Assembly (NCBI GenBank): GCA_951406725.2
Contig: OX597819.1
Coordinates: 58,342,001-58,406,000, forward strand
Origin: Octopus vulgaris
Taxonomy: Eukaryota
DNA length: 64,000 nt
Direction of reading: 5' to 3'
Both the position numbers and the translations under genes were made by a program. Below, in pieces: positions 52,081 through 62,626 of the stretch; the stretch's first letter is position 1, and each line of letters starts with the position of its first letter. The notes under the pieces were generated by a model. That model searched no databases and had not been told where the DNA came from. It saw only the letters and a list, made by a program, of their open reading frames with translations.

Positions 52081-52523
52081 AATTGTACACACCTTAAGAC
52101 GGGGTAGGCACAGCTAAAATTTCTTTTGTTAGGGTCGACTGTGAGGTAAAATACCACAAGGTGGCCGATTGGCTAAGTCGGTGTGTCGTAAGTAGCTTGC
52201 TTACGAACCGCAGGGTTCCGGGTTCATTCCCACTGCGAGACACCTTGGGCAAGTGTCTTCTACTATAGCCTCGGGCCAACCAAAGCCTTGTGAGTGGATT
52301 TGGCAGACGGAAACTGAAAGAAGCCCGTCTTGTATATGTATATATACTTGTATATGTATATATACTTGTATATGTATATATACTTGTATATGTATATATA
52401 CTTGTATATGTATATATACTTATATGTATATGTATATATATTTTCAACGTGATCTCTTGAGCACCACCAGCAAAAATATTTTTTTCCTCTGTCTTCCCTT
52501 CTCGGGATCTTTCCTTCTCCTTT

Positions 52524-52558
52524 GTTTCCGACGAAGAGCTCCGCTCGAAACGTTAAAC
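52524..52558 (+). ncRNA. Minimal hammerhead-like motif with variant core, in a probable Penelope-like fragment (about 52440-52670) inside a family-B SINE
   Basis: GTTT-CCGACGA-A-GAGC-TCC-GCTC-GAAA-CG-TT-AAAC: CCGA instead of CTGA, palindromic AACGTT stem III. Confidence 0.4.
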
Positions 52559-53524
52559 CCTCCTTCCCTTCTTTCCTGAGCGTCAAATAATACTTTAATT
52601 GTTCCACGTCCTCGCGTTGCTGTGTTTTTTTCTGTTTTTTTTCTGTGTTTTCTTGTTTGGATTAACTTTATATATATATATGTAAGTATGTGTGTATATG
52701 TTTATGTGCCTTTGTTTGTCCCCCTAGCATCGCTTCAAAACCGATGCTGGTGTGTTTACGTCCCTGTAACTTAGTGGTTCGGTATAAGAAACCGATCTAT
52801 TATAAGTACTAAGCTTACAAAGAATAAGTCCTGGGATCGAATTGCTCTAGATTAGAAAGTTTCATGATCGATTCAAGTTGGGGTTCAAATGGACATTTTT
52901 TAGAAATTAGTTTACCGATATAAATACACTTTTAGGACCCAAGTCATCTAGAATTTATATGTTGATTGAAATTTGAAAAGACACATAACATAAATGATTC
53001 CTGTTGATTTTAATAACAATCGGACACAGAATGTCAAGATCTGGTTGTTGATGAATTGCAGGATTCTTTAGAATATCGAACAAAATACCGTGAATGCTGA
53101 TCGAGACAGCAGAAAACATGTGAAACCAATATATTAACTTATGATTACATAATCTAATAGCAAAAGCAAAAGACTATTCTTAGCAGCTTGCAACCATATA
53201 GCCACGTGGCCATATTTTATTTTCCTTTTGTATATCAGTGAGGGCCGGTCATTAGGCAAATAATTAACACACGATTTCAATTCTTTCTTATTCGTCAATT
53301 TCATTAATCAAATGTTTCTCTTTTACTTTTACTTGTTTCAGTCATTTGACTGCGGCCACGCTGGAGCACCGCCTTTAGTCGAGCAATTCGACCCCAGGAT
53401 TTATTCTCTGGAAGCCTAGTACTTATTCTATTGGTCACTTTTGCCGAACTGCTAAGTTACGGGTACGTAAACACACCAGCATCGGTTGTCAAGCGATGTT
53501 GGGGGAACAAACACGGACACACAA

Positions 53525-53557
<33 letters not shown>

Positions 53558-53974
53558 CATATATACGACAGGCTTCTTTTCAGTTTCCGTCTACCAAATC
53601 CACTCACAAGGCTTTGGTCGGCTCGAGGCTATAGCAGAAGACACTTGCTCAAGGTATCACGCAGTGGGCCTGAACCTGGAACCATGTGGTTGGTAAGCAA
53701 GCTACTAACCACACAGCCACTACTAATTGATGGTTTCACCAGTCATTTAGTTAATCATCCACAGTTACTTTCATCTCCGCCACGATCGCCTGGTGACTAG
53801 AGGTCTGGAGGAAGGATACAGATGTGAATTAGAAGTTGTGTGTGTCTTTATTATTAGCATAATGTCCATACCGAGATACAACAAGAACGAAATAGGAAGT
53901 TCCCCTTTGGCTTCTATCAAGTTACAATTTAGTTGCTATTTTCATTCATTGCTGTTCAATTCTCCTGCGTTTTG

Positions 53975-54293
53975 TATGATCACAAAATGATCCAACCAAA
54001 ATGCAAATATATGGGAAACTACCACCTGTGTCATCTCTTGTGAAAGGTAGGAGAGTCCAGTTTGCTGGACATTGTTGTAGAGCTGAAAAAGAAGTAATTT
54101 CTACTCTTCTCCTCTGGAAACCATCTACTCGCAATACCAGAGGGCGCACACTCTCCTATCCTGATGTAATCTCCAGGGATACAGGCATCCAGCAACAGGA
54201 CCTACATAATGCTATGATGGACCGTGAAGTCTGGCGTAACATAGTAAATTCCATTGTCTCGACCACGGTCGAACAATGATGATGATGATGATG
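53975..54293 (+). mobile_element. 3' end of an RTE/RTEX-clade LINE with (TGA)n tail
   Basis: QIYGKLPPVSSLVKGRRVQFAGHCCRAEKEVISTLLLWKP..AMMDREVWRNIV..EQ, with the stop running directly into (TGA)n. Confidence 0.85.
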
Positions 54294-54364
54294 AAACAGT
54301 GAGACTTACAATTAGCTAACAAGAAGCTATAATTCAAAAGTTTATTGTATGAATGAATAGTCGT

Positions 54365-54437
54365 ACGCTGTGGCAGAGCAGTAACGCAAATGACTTCCAT
54401 TTCAGAAGGCTATGCCTTCGAATAATTTTCAGGATCA
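54365..54437 (+). pseudogene. Very degenerate tRNA-Trp pseudogene
   Basis: ACGCTGTGGCAGAGCAGTAACGCAAATGACTTCCATTTCAGAAGGCTATGCCTTCGAATAATTTTCAGGATCA aligns end to end with the 72-mer and is followed by a T-run. Its 3' remnant recurs near 62350-62371. Confidence 0.6.
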
Positions 54438-54652
54438 TTAGGGCCTTTTTTTTTTTTTCATCATTAAATTTAGCGAGAAAAAGTGTTTTTAGACCCCAAT
54501 AATTTGCAATCACTAAATGCCTTGAGATATTTACTTCACAAAACAAGTGATTGCTAATCGAGACAGTAGACAATATGTGAAACCAATATCTTGTAATTAC
54601 GTAATCAAATAGCAATGGTAAAAGACTGTTCTTCGCCGTCATAGAATCATAT

Positions 54653-54724
54653 GGCCCTGTGGCGCAACGGTAGCGCGTCTGACTCCAGATCAGAAGGCTG
54701 CGTGTTCGAATCACGTCGGGGTCA
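54653..54724 (+). tRNA. tRNA-Trp-CCA: tRNA-Trp(CCA), major isodecoder
   Basis: Identical 72-mer; T10 at about 54746-54755. Confidence 0.97.
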
Positions 54725-55189
54725 CATCTATTTCAAATTCGTTTCTTTTTTTTTTAACTTTTCGAAGAATGAAGTTAATTTCAAGTGATATGAAACAACT
54801 GAAGATCTTTAAGAAATTCAATCTTAATGTTCAAAGATTCACTTCTCACCAAGGTGAACTGTACACTTCATCCTCAGGGAATTGGTAAAATAAGACAAAC
54901 CTGATACAGGATCTATCGATTTGCACCCATATTTAACAGTTTCGTAGAATGTAGTAGAGCCCAAAAATCTCCAACTAACAACAAGATTAAGAAAATAGGT
55001 GAAGTGACACCTGACGGGGGCTATTGCTCTTAGATCAATATTTTCGATCTGTATCTATTTACTGACAATACAGTACAACATACATCCTATCTATAATTCT
55101 TTCATTCACTCTCTCTTTCTCTCTCGCTCTTTCTTTATCTCCCCCACACACTCTCTCTCGCTCATTATATATATGTGAGTGCGTCTGTG

Positions 55190-55190
55190 T

Positions 55191-55242
<52 letters not shown>

Positions 55243-57050
55243 ATTTGGCTCAAAAGCAAATAGCAAGGCCATGTAGGGGGACATGGAGTTAAGTACAGGG
55301 TGGTGTTCATGTAAAGACTTCAGGCCACTTGAGGCCCAGGGAGGCTTTGAACAAAGCGGTCGTCGGCATCTTCACCATCTCGTCTGGCAGCTTGTTCCAC
55401 GGATCCGCAACCCGGACGGAGAAAGCTCCTCTCCTTCGATTGAGATGAAATCGTCGCAGGTAGAGTTTTTCGGAATGACCCCGCAGCCGACGCTCTGGAG
55501 CAGGAGTGAAGAACAGCTCTTTCGAGAGGTTACACTTTCCGCTTATGATGTTGTGGGCGAGAATGAGATCACCACGGCGGCGGCGTTTTCAAGAGAATAA
55601 AGGTCGAGCGTCCTCAGCCTTTCTTCGTAGGACAAATTTTTGAGACCATGAACCATGCGGGTAGCCAGCTTCTGGACTCTTTCGAGATGCTGTATGTCTT
55701 TGAGGAGATAAGGAGAAGAGGCTTGAATCCCATACTCCAATATGGGTCTCACCAGTGTGACATAGAGTGGTAGGAATATGGCTGCTGTGAGCATTCCGAA
55801 TGACCGTCGAATCAAGAACAGAATTCCGCGTGCTTTGTTGGCAGCATGGACGCACTGGGCTGAAGGCGAAAAGGAGGAATCCACCAAGATACCCAGGTCC
55901 TTTACCTGATCGGTCCTCTCCAGCAGCAGACGACCCGGCTCGAAATCAAGTTGAGTTGCAGGAGTAGAGCTGACAGGCAGATGACAGCACTTTGACACGT
56001 TCAGACACAGGTCCCAATCGTTAGACCACTTCCAAATTTGGTGGAGGCATCGACGAAGATCCTCTATATTACCGCGAGGAGCGACCAGTTTGATATCGTC
56101 GGCAAATAGAAGGGTGTGTTGCGTGAGGTCGTCGGGCAAGTCATTTATGAAGACTAAGAACAACAAGGGCCCGAGCACTGAACCTTGAGGCACGCCACTG
56201 CTCGCACTGGAGACGTCGGACCGCGAACCATTAACTTGGACTTGGAAGGAGCGATCTGAGAGGAAGACACCAACCCATCGTACAATATCCGGATGGAAAC
56301 TATATGCTTGAAGCTTGACAAGTAATAGGCGGTGGTTTACCGAGTCAAAAGCTTTGGCAAAGTCCAATAAAACGATGTCAACAGCATCACTATCATCGAG
56401 GATGCGCGTCACCAATTCTTCCATTACTAGTAAGTTGGTCAAGCATGATCTCTTCGGCACGAAGCCGTGTTGGGAATCAGAGATAGAGGTTGTGTTTAGG
56501 AGGTGGAGCATCATACTTTTCTTAAGGATGGTTTCGAACATCTTGCTGATTATTGATGTAAGGGAAACCGATCGGTAGTTAAACGGGTCTTCGCGGCTCC
56601 CTTTCTTGAAAATTGGGCAGATTATCGCTGTTCTCCAGTCTGCAGGTATAACACCCGTCGCCAATGACATATTGAAAAGTCGTGTTAAGGGCTCGCAGAT
56701 GACTGGAGCCAACGCTTTGATAACCCGTGGGTGTATGCCGTCAGGGCCGTGACCCTTGTTGACATCGAGGCCTTGAATAACACGTTTGACTTCGTCCCGT
56801 GTGATGACCAATCGAAGCATTGGAGGTACCGATCTAACAAATGAAGGGGGTTCACGACCATCATCTTGTTTGAAAATAGTTGAAAAAGCCTCGGCAAATA
56901 ACTGACTCTGTTGATAAGGGTCCTCAATTGATACGCCTGTTGAGTCTACCAACGTTGCAATCTGGTTGTTCAAGCGGGAATTCCGCTGGACATGGGCAAA
57001 GAAGGTTTTTGGATTGCTACTGGCATTTGCCGCGATTTTGTATTCATAAC
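55190..57050 (-). mobile_element. Young 5'-truncated CR1-clade LINE with (TAAC)n tail
   Basis: RT ORF, short 3' UTR and (TAAC)n tail at about 55190-55243. Absent from the paralogous (TG)n site near 58235-58305; possible TSD CTGTGTGT. Confidence 0.93.
55307..57050 (-). pseudogene. CR1 ORF2 reverse transcriptase domain, 5'-truncated, with one frameshift at 55586-55589
   Basis: Motifs GPDGIHP, NYRSVSLTS, QHGFVPKRSCLTNL, LDFAKAFDSVNH, GVPQGSVLGPLLF, LFADD and KDLG. Adding one A restores YSLEKRRRRGDLI..RLRGHSEKL..FSVRVADPWNKLP..EVFT*. Confidence 0.92.
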
Positions 57051-57721
57051 TGTGTGTGTTCGTGAGTGTGTATGTGTGTGTGTGTGTGTGTGTGTGAAGA
57101 GATAGATCAAATGAATACATATCAAGTAGTCTTTTTGCAAAATGAGTGGCCATTATGTCATCCCGCACCATTGCGAGGCCCATCCCGCACCATTGCGAGA
57201 CCCATCCCGCACCAACTTTGACCATCACTGATAAAATCTTATACTTTATTAACCGACCCTGAAAAGCTGAATAGCAAAGTTGGCCTCGGCTGGATTTCAA
57301 ATCAGGATTCAGAAATCCGGGATTTATACTGTGAGACATTCTATCCAATGCTTCTAACAACTTTACTTATCTGTTACCTCGTTATTGATTATTTTCCTTT
57401 AAATCCTAACCAAAGAAAATCCTGCAGGTATCACCTTCCCTTTCAGGATTTTATAAAACTACATTTTACAAGGTTTTCATCTCATTTAGAACGATAGGCT
57501 ATCACTGGAGGTAGATTTGACTGCTGTTTGTAGCAAGTCGATTTACGAGAAAATGTAGTTTTAGAACCCAATTTGTAATCACAAAATACTGCGAGACATT
57601 TATTTTACAAAACAAGTGATCGCTGATCGAGACAGCAGACAATATGTGAAACCAATATCTTGCAGTTGCATGATCTAATAGCAAAGGTAAAAGACTGTTC
57701 TTCGCCGTCTAAGAATCACAT

Positions 57722-57793
57722 GGCCCTGTGGCGCAACGGTAGCGCGTCTGACTCCAGATCAGACGGTTGCGTGTTCGAATCACGTCGGGGTCA
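57722..57793 (+). tRNA. tRNA-Trp-CCA: tRNA-Trp(CCA), variable-loop isodecoder
   Basis: AGACGGTTGC replaces AGAAGGCTGC (two variable-loop changes); all stems intact; T5 downstream. Confidence 0.93.
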
Positions 57794-58258
57794 CACCGAT
57801 TTCAAATTCATTTCTTTTTACTTTTCGAGTAATGTAGTTAATTGCTAGTGATACGAAACAAATGTAGATCGTTAAGAAATTCAGTCTTAATGTTCAAAGT
57901 TTCATTTCTCACCAAGGTAAACTGTACACTTCATCTTCAGTGAATTGGTAAAATAAGACAAATCTGATACTAGTATCTATCTTATCGGCTATCGATCCGC
58001 ACCCATATTTAACAGTTTCGTAGAATGTAGTAGAGCCCCAAAATCTCCAACTAACAACAAGATTAAGAAAACAGGTGAAGTGAGACCCGACTGGAGCTAT
58101 TGCTCTTAGATCAATATTAGCGATCTGTAACTATTTACTGACAATACAGTACAACGCATACATCCTATCGATAATTATCTCAATCACTCTTTCTCAACCT
58201 CTTTATCTCCCCCACTGTCTCTCTCGCTCATTATGTGTGTGCATGTGCATGTGCGCGC

Positions 58259-58305
<47 letters not shown>

Positions 58306-59032
58306 TGAAGAAATAGATCAAATGAATACATATCAAGTATCTTTTTCCCAAAATGAGTGGCCATTATTTCATATTGCATGTCTCATTCACCTAACCTTTG
58401 CGAGGCCCATCCCGCACCAACTTTGACCATCACCGATAAATTCTACTTTATTAACCGGCCCTGAAAAGCTGAATAGCAAAGTTGGCCTGGGCTGGATTTC
58501 AAATCAGAATTAATACTGAATTAATACTGTTACTGTAAGACATTCTATCCAAAGCCTCTAACGACTTTACTTATCTGTTATCTCGTTATTGCTTCTTTTC
58601 CTATCAATCCTGACCAAAGAAAATCCACCTATTTTCATCCTCTCTTTCATGATTGCATAAAACTACGTTTTACTAGGCTTTTTACTCTCATTTAGGACAG
58701 CAGCGTATCACTGGAGGCAGATTTGACTGTTGTTTGTAGCAAGTCGATTTACGATCCAGTGGTTACTGTTTAACACTCCTGTCTTTCTTATGATCACCAA
58801 AGGGCGAAACAAAACCTAAGACGAAATGGGCAGATTTAAATTTAGCATCAGCTAGCAATAAAGCTTGATTTAAAAGTTCAGAACGTGAATCTGTCCCGAC
58901 GTTTGGTATTTACTCCACAAAACAACTGATTGCTGATCGAGACAGAATATATACGAAACCAATACATTAACTTGTAATTGCAAAATCTAAAAGTAAGGCA
59001 GAAGAGTATTGTTCGTTACATCGCATTTATAC

Positions 59033-59104
59033 GGCGCTGTGGCGCAACGGTAGCGCGTCTGACTCCAGATCAGAAGGCTGCGTGTTCGAATCACGTCAGC
59101 GTCA
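59033..59104 (+). tRNA. tRNA-Trp-CCA: tRNA-Trp(CCA), acceptor-stem isodecoder with compensatory change
   Basis: Acceptor GGCGCTG/CAGCGTC-A: C4-G69 flipped to G4-C69 and U6.G67 changed to U6-A67. Remainder identical; T4 runs downstream. Confidence 0.95.
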
Positions 59105-59246
59105 AATAGTTTATATTTTCCATTTTCATTGCTTCTTTTTACAGTAATATAGCTAAATTGAAGTGATATGAGACGAAAGTTTAAGAAATCAAAATTTTTT
59201 ATTTCAGAGTATCACTTTCTCTCAAGGTGTAATATATTCTTCATTC

Positions 59247-59635
59247 GTGGAGGTGCAATGGCCCAGTGGTTAGGGCAGCGGACTCGCGGTCATAGGATCG
59301 CGGTTTCGATTCCCAGACCGGGCGTTGTGAGTGTTTATTGAGCGAAAACACCTAAAAGCTCCACGAGGCTCCGGCAGGGAATGGTGGTGATCCCTGCTGT
59401 ACTCTTTCACCACAACTTTCTCTCACTCTTACTTCCTGTTTCTGTTGTACCTGTATTTCAAGGGGCCGGCCTTGTCACTCTCTGTGTCACGCTGAATATC
59501 CCCGAGAACTACGTTAAGGGTGCACGTGTCTGTGGAGTGCTTAGCCACTTACACGTTAATTTCACGAGCAGGCTGTTCCGTTGATTCGGATCAACCGGAA
59601 CCCTCATCGTCGTAACCGACGGAATGCTTCCATCC
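59247..59635 (+). mobile_element. Full-length family-D SINE with 13-bp TSD
   Basis: GTGGAGGTGCAATGGCCCAGTGGTTAGGGC..GGTTTCGATTCCC, flanked by ATATTCTTCATTC at 59234-59246 and 59636-59648. Confidence 0.9.
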
Positions 59636-59877
59636 ATATTCTTCATTCTTAGTAAACAGGAAAAATAAGACCAATCAGTTCTTTCATCTGCACCCATATC
59701 TAACAGTTTCGTGCACTATCCTAAATCTCCACGCAACCACGAAGTTCTAAAAACAGGTAGGTGAAGCGACATCCGTTTAAAGCATATTACCCTTACATCA
59801 ATATCATGAATCTATAACTCACTGTATTACTACAAGCACAGTGCATTGCACACATCTTATGTATAAGTCTTTCTCTC

Positions 59878-59962
<85 letters not shown>

Positions 59963-60173
59963 TAAATTATATGTAGAAAAATACAAACTGGGACAAGAGC
60001 GCAAAACACTTAGAAGACGATACAAAAAACACGGACGGCACATTCGAAGCCCTCAATCTTCAGTCAAGAACCGGATCATCGTAGCAATTTCGGCTGATTA
60101 ATCTTGAGATCGCTCCGATCCGGTCAGCCCCCAGGAAAAACTAAGCTACGAGCATTAGAAAAACTAAGCTAAA

Positions 60174-60234
<61 letters not shown>

Positions 60235-60966
60235 GTGTGTATGTGTGTGCGTGAAGAGACAGATAAAATGAACACAGATGAAGTAGTGTTTTCCAAAAAT
60301 GAGTGTCCATCATAACGTTTTGCATGTCTCATTCATCTAAACTTCGCGGAGCCCATCCGTCTCCTACTTTGACCATCACCGATAAAATATTCTACTTTAT
60401 TAATCGACCGCGCTAAGCTGAAAGACAAAGCTGACCTGGCTGCGTTTCATATCATGACACGGAAATCTGTGACTAATACTATGAAATATTCTATCCAAAC
60501 TCAAACGTCTTTACTGATCCGCCATCGTGTTTAATTACCTGTTAATTTTCACAAACACAATCCATCTGTGACCATCCCGTGTATAAAGATTGTGTGGCGT
60601 TAAAATATATGATATTTTTTTTTCTTTTTTTTTATATCGTTGACGGGCGTTCCTTATGCAAAGAACCAACACATGCAATGGCTCTATTTCAATTCTTTAT
60701 AATTAGTCAGTTTCATTAGCTAATTATTTCAGTAATTACTAAGCGATTGTTCTACCAGTCATTTAGTTAATCAACCGTCAATTATTTGCATTGCCATTCG
60801 TGATCGATTGGATGAAGGTCTTGGCGAAGGATACAGATGTGAATTAGAAGTAGTGTGTGTATTTATTATTAGCATAAGGACCAACCGGAGATACAGCAAT
60901 GTTTTTCGGGATTACGAAGGAGGTAATCAGGAAAAAATGTGCAAAACTAGGATCATTTAGTGTATA

Positions 60967-61384
60967 CACTCTTTTACTCTTTACTCTTCTACTTGTTTCA
61001 GTCATTTGACTGCGGCCATGCTGGAGCACCGCCTTTTAGTCGAGAAAATCGACGCCGGGACTTATTCTTTGTAAGCCCAGTACTTATTCTATCGGTCTCT
61101 TTTGACGAACCGCTAAGTGACGGGGACGTAAACACACCAGCATCGGTTGTCAAGCAATGCGCGGGGGACAAACACAGACACACAAACACATACACACACA
61201 CACACATATATATATACACATATATACGACAGGTTTCTTTCAGTTTCCGTCTACCAAATCCACTCACAAGGACGGCCCGGGGCTATAGCAGAAGACACTT
61301 GCCCAAGATGCCACGCAGTGGGACTGAACCCGGAACCATGTGGTTAGTTAGAAAGCTACTTACCACACAGCCACTCCTGCGTCT
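60967..61384 (-). mobile_element. Full-length family-B SINE
   Basis: Head GACGCAGGAGTGGCTGTGTGGTAAGTAGC, internal microsatellite and (AGTAAAAG)n tail. Confidence 0.85.
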
Positions 61385-61489
61385 ATATTGAGTTTTATAC
61401 AAAACTCCTGTATATTGAGTTTTGTATTAATAAATCACCTTTGATTTTTCTTTTGTTAAAATTCCGGCAACGAAGATTATTAACTTTGG

Positions 61490-62160
61490 ATTACCTCCGC
61501 CCCCGTATTGTTCGTGAATTTAGAGTGTTTAAATTTGTGATACCATCCTCTTATTTCCTGTCGTAGATGGGAAAATTTGTTATCTTACTGTAATGGGTGT
61601 TATGTCCGTTTGTCCGTGTCTTTGTCTTCGCGGCCAGACGGATGGATTAATGATAACGATATTTTTCGGGATTACAAAGACGGTCGTCAGGAGGGGTTTT
61701 AGCATTCAAAAATCAGAAAGTATGATTATTTCGTGGATATCGATTTTTTAATTGATAAACCACCTTCGCATTTTTATTAAAAATTCACCGACCATGAGTA
61801 ACTCTGGATTTTCCTCGTATAGTTCGTGGCCCCATCATTGATACGTGAGAACGGCTAATAGCGAAAATAAAATGGAATAAGTGTGTGTCAGTATATTGTG
61901 TGTATAATTATTTAGTGATTATTGAAGTGTGTCAGTCTCGAGCGGGAAGCGAAACGGCTAATCGATGTTGTTTACATCTCAGTTTTGTCAATCAAAATAA
62001 CCCATGGTACCAGAACATCCAGACATTATTCGCATAGAACAGTGAGAGGTAAGTCCTAGTTTAGTTTTTCGCAACCCTAAAGATTCCGCTCGCACAATAA
62101 CAGCAAACAAGGCACAGGACCAGACTTTAGATCGTGTAGGTGTATTTTTACCCACTCCGA
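61490..62160 (+). mobile_element. Possible Helentron-associated (HINE/DINE-like) element
   Basis: Starts TTACCTCCGCC with a downstream GTCCGTTTGTCCGTGTCT tract. A related fragment TTTTTCGGGATTAC lies near 60900. Confidence 0.35.
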
Positions 62161-62554
62161 TGTTTACACACGGCCATCGCTATGAGTAGAGAAATGAACT
62201 CCAGTAATTTGAAAATTTTTTAATCATATTATCGAAAGGAATTTTGTGAACTTTGAATGTTTAAGAGTATAAACAGGCATAAAATAGTGTAAACAATTAA
62301 AATAAAAGTATATTTAAATAACATTTTTTTCTTAATACTTTTTATGTGTCTTCGAATTATTTTCAGGATCATAAGGGTTATATTGTCATTAAATTTATCG
62401 AGAAAATGTAGTTTTAGAACCCAATTTGTAATCAGAAAATACCGCGAGACATTTACTTTACAAAACAAGTGATCGCTGATCGAGACAGCAGACAATATGT
62501 GAAACCAATATCTTGTAGTTGCAAAAGACTATTCTTCGCCAGCTCCGATCATAT

Positions 62555-62626
62555 GGCCCTGTGGCGCAACGGTAGCGCGTCTGACTCCAGATCAGACGGT
62601 TGCGTGTTCGAATCACGTCAGGGTCA
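62555..62626 (+). tRNA. tRNA-Trp-CCA: tRNA-Trp(CCA), isodecoder with variable-loop changes and U6-A67
   Basis: Ends AGACGGTTGCGTGTTCGAATCACGTCAGGGTCA; all stems intact. The first T4 is about 30 nt downstream. Confidence 0.92.

Noticed and set aside
52330-52425. 18-bp tandem repeat (SIYTYT x5), and similar short duplications at 57160-57215 and 63422-63458
   Set aside because: Ordinary slippage products inside repeats or spacers.
57051-57360. N-terminal ~100 aa of the 605-aa ORF
   Set aside because: Lies outside the LINE, in duplicated spacer, SINE and (TG)n sequence that has a non-coding paralog at 58.3-58.6 kb; the frame is open by chance.
60032-60066. Hammerhead motif on the minus strand (CTGAAGA..CTTCGAAT) in a Penelope-like fragment
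   Set aside because: GAAT replaces GAAA and stems I and III could not be paired convincingly.
36946-62626. CRISPR-like array of identical repeats
   Set aside because: The repeats are 72-nt tRNA genes with kb-scale paralogous spacers in eukaryotic DNA, and there are no cas genes.
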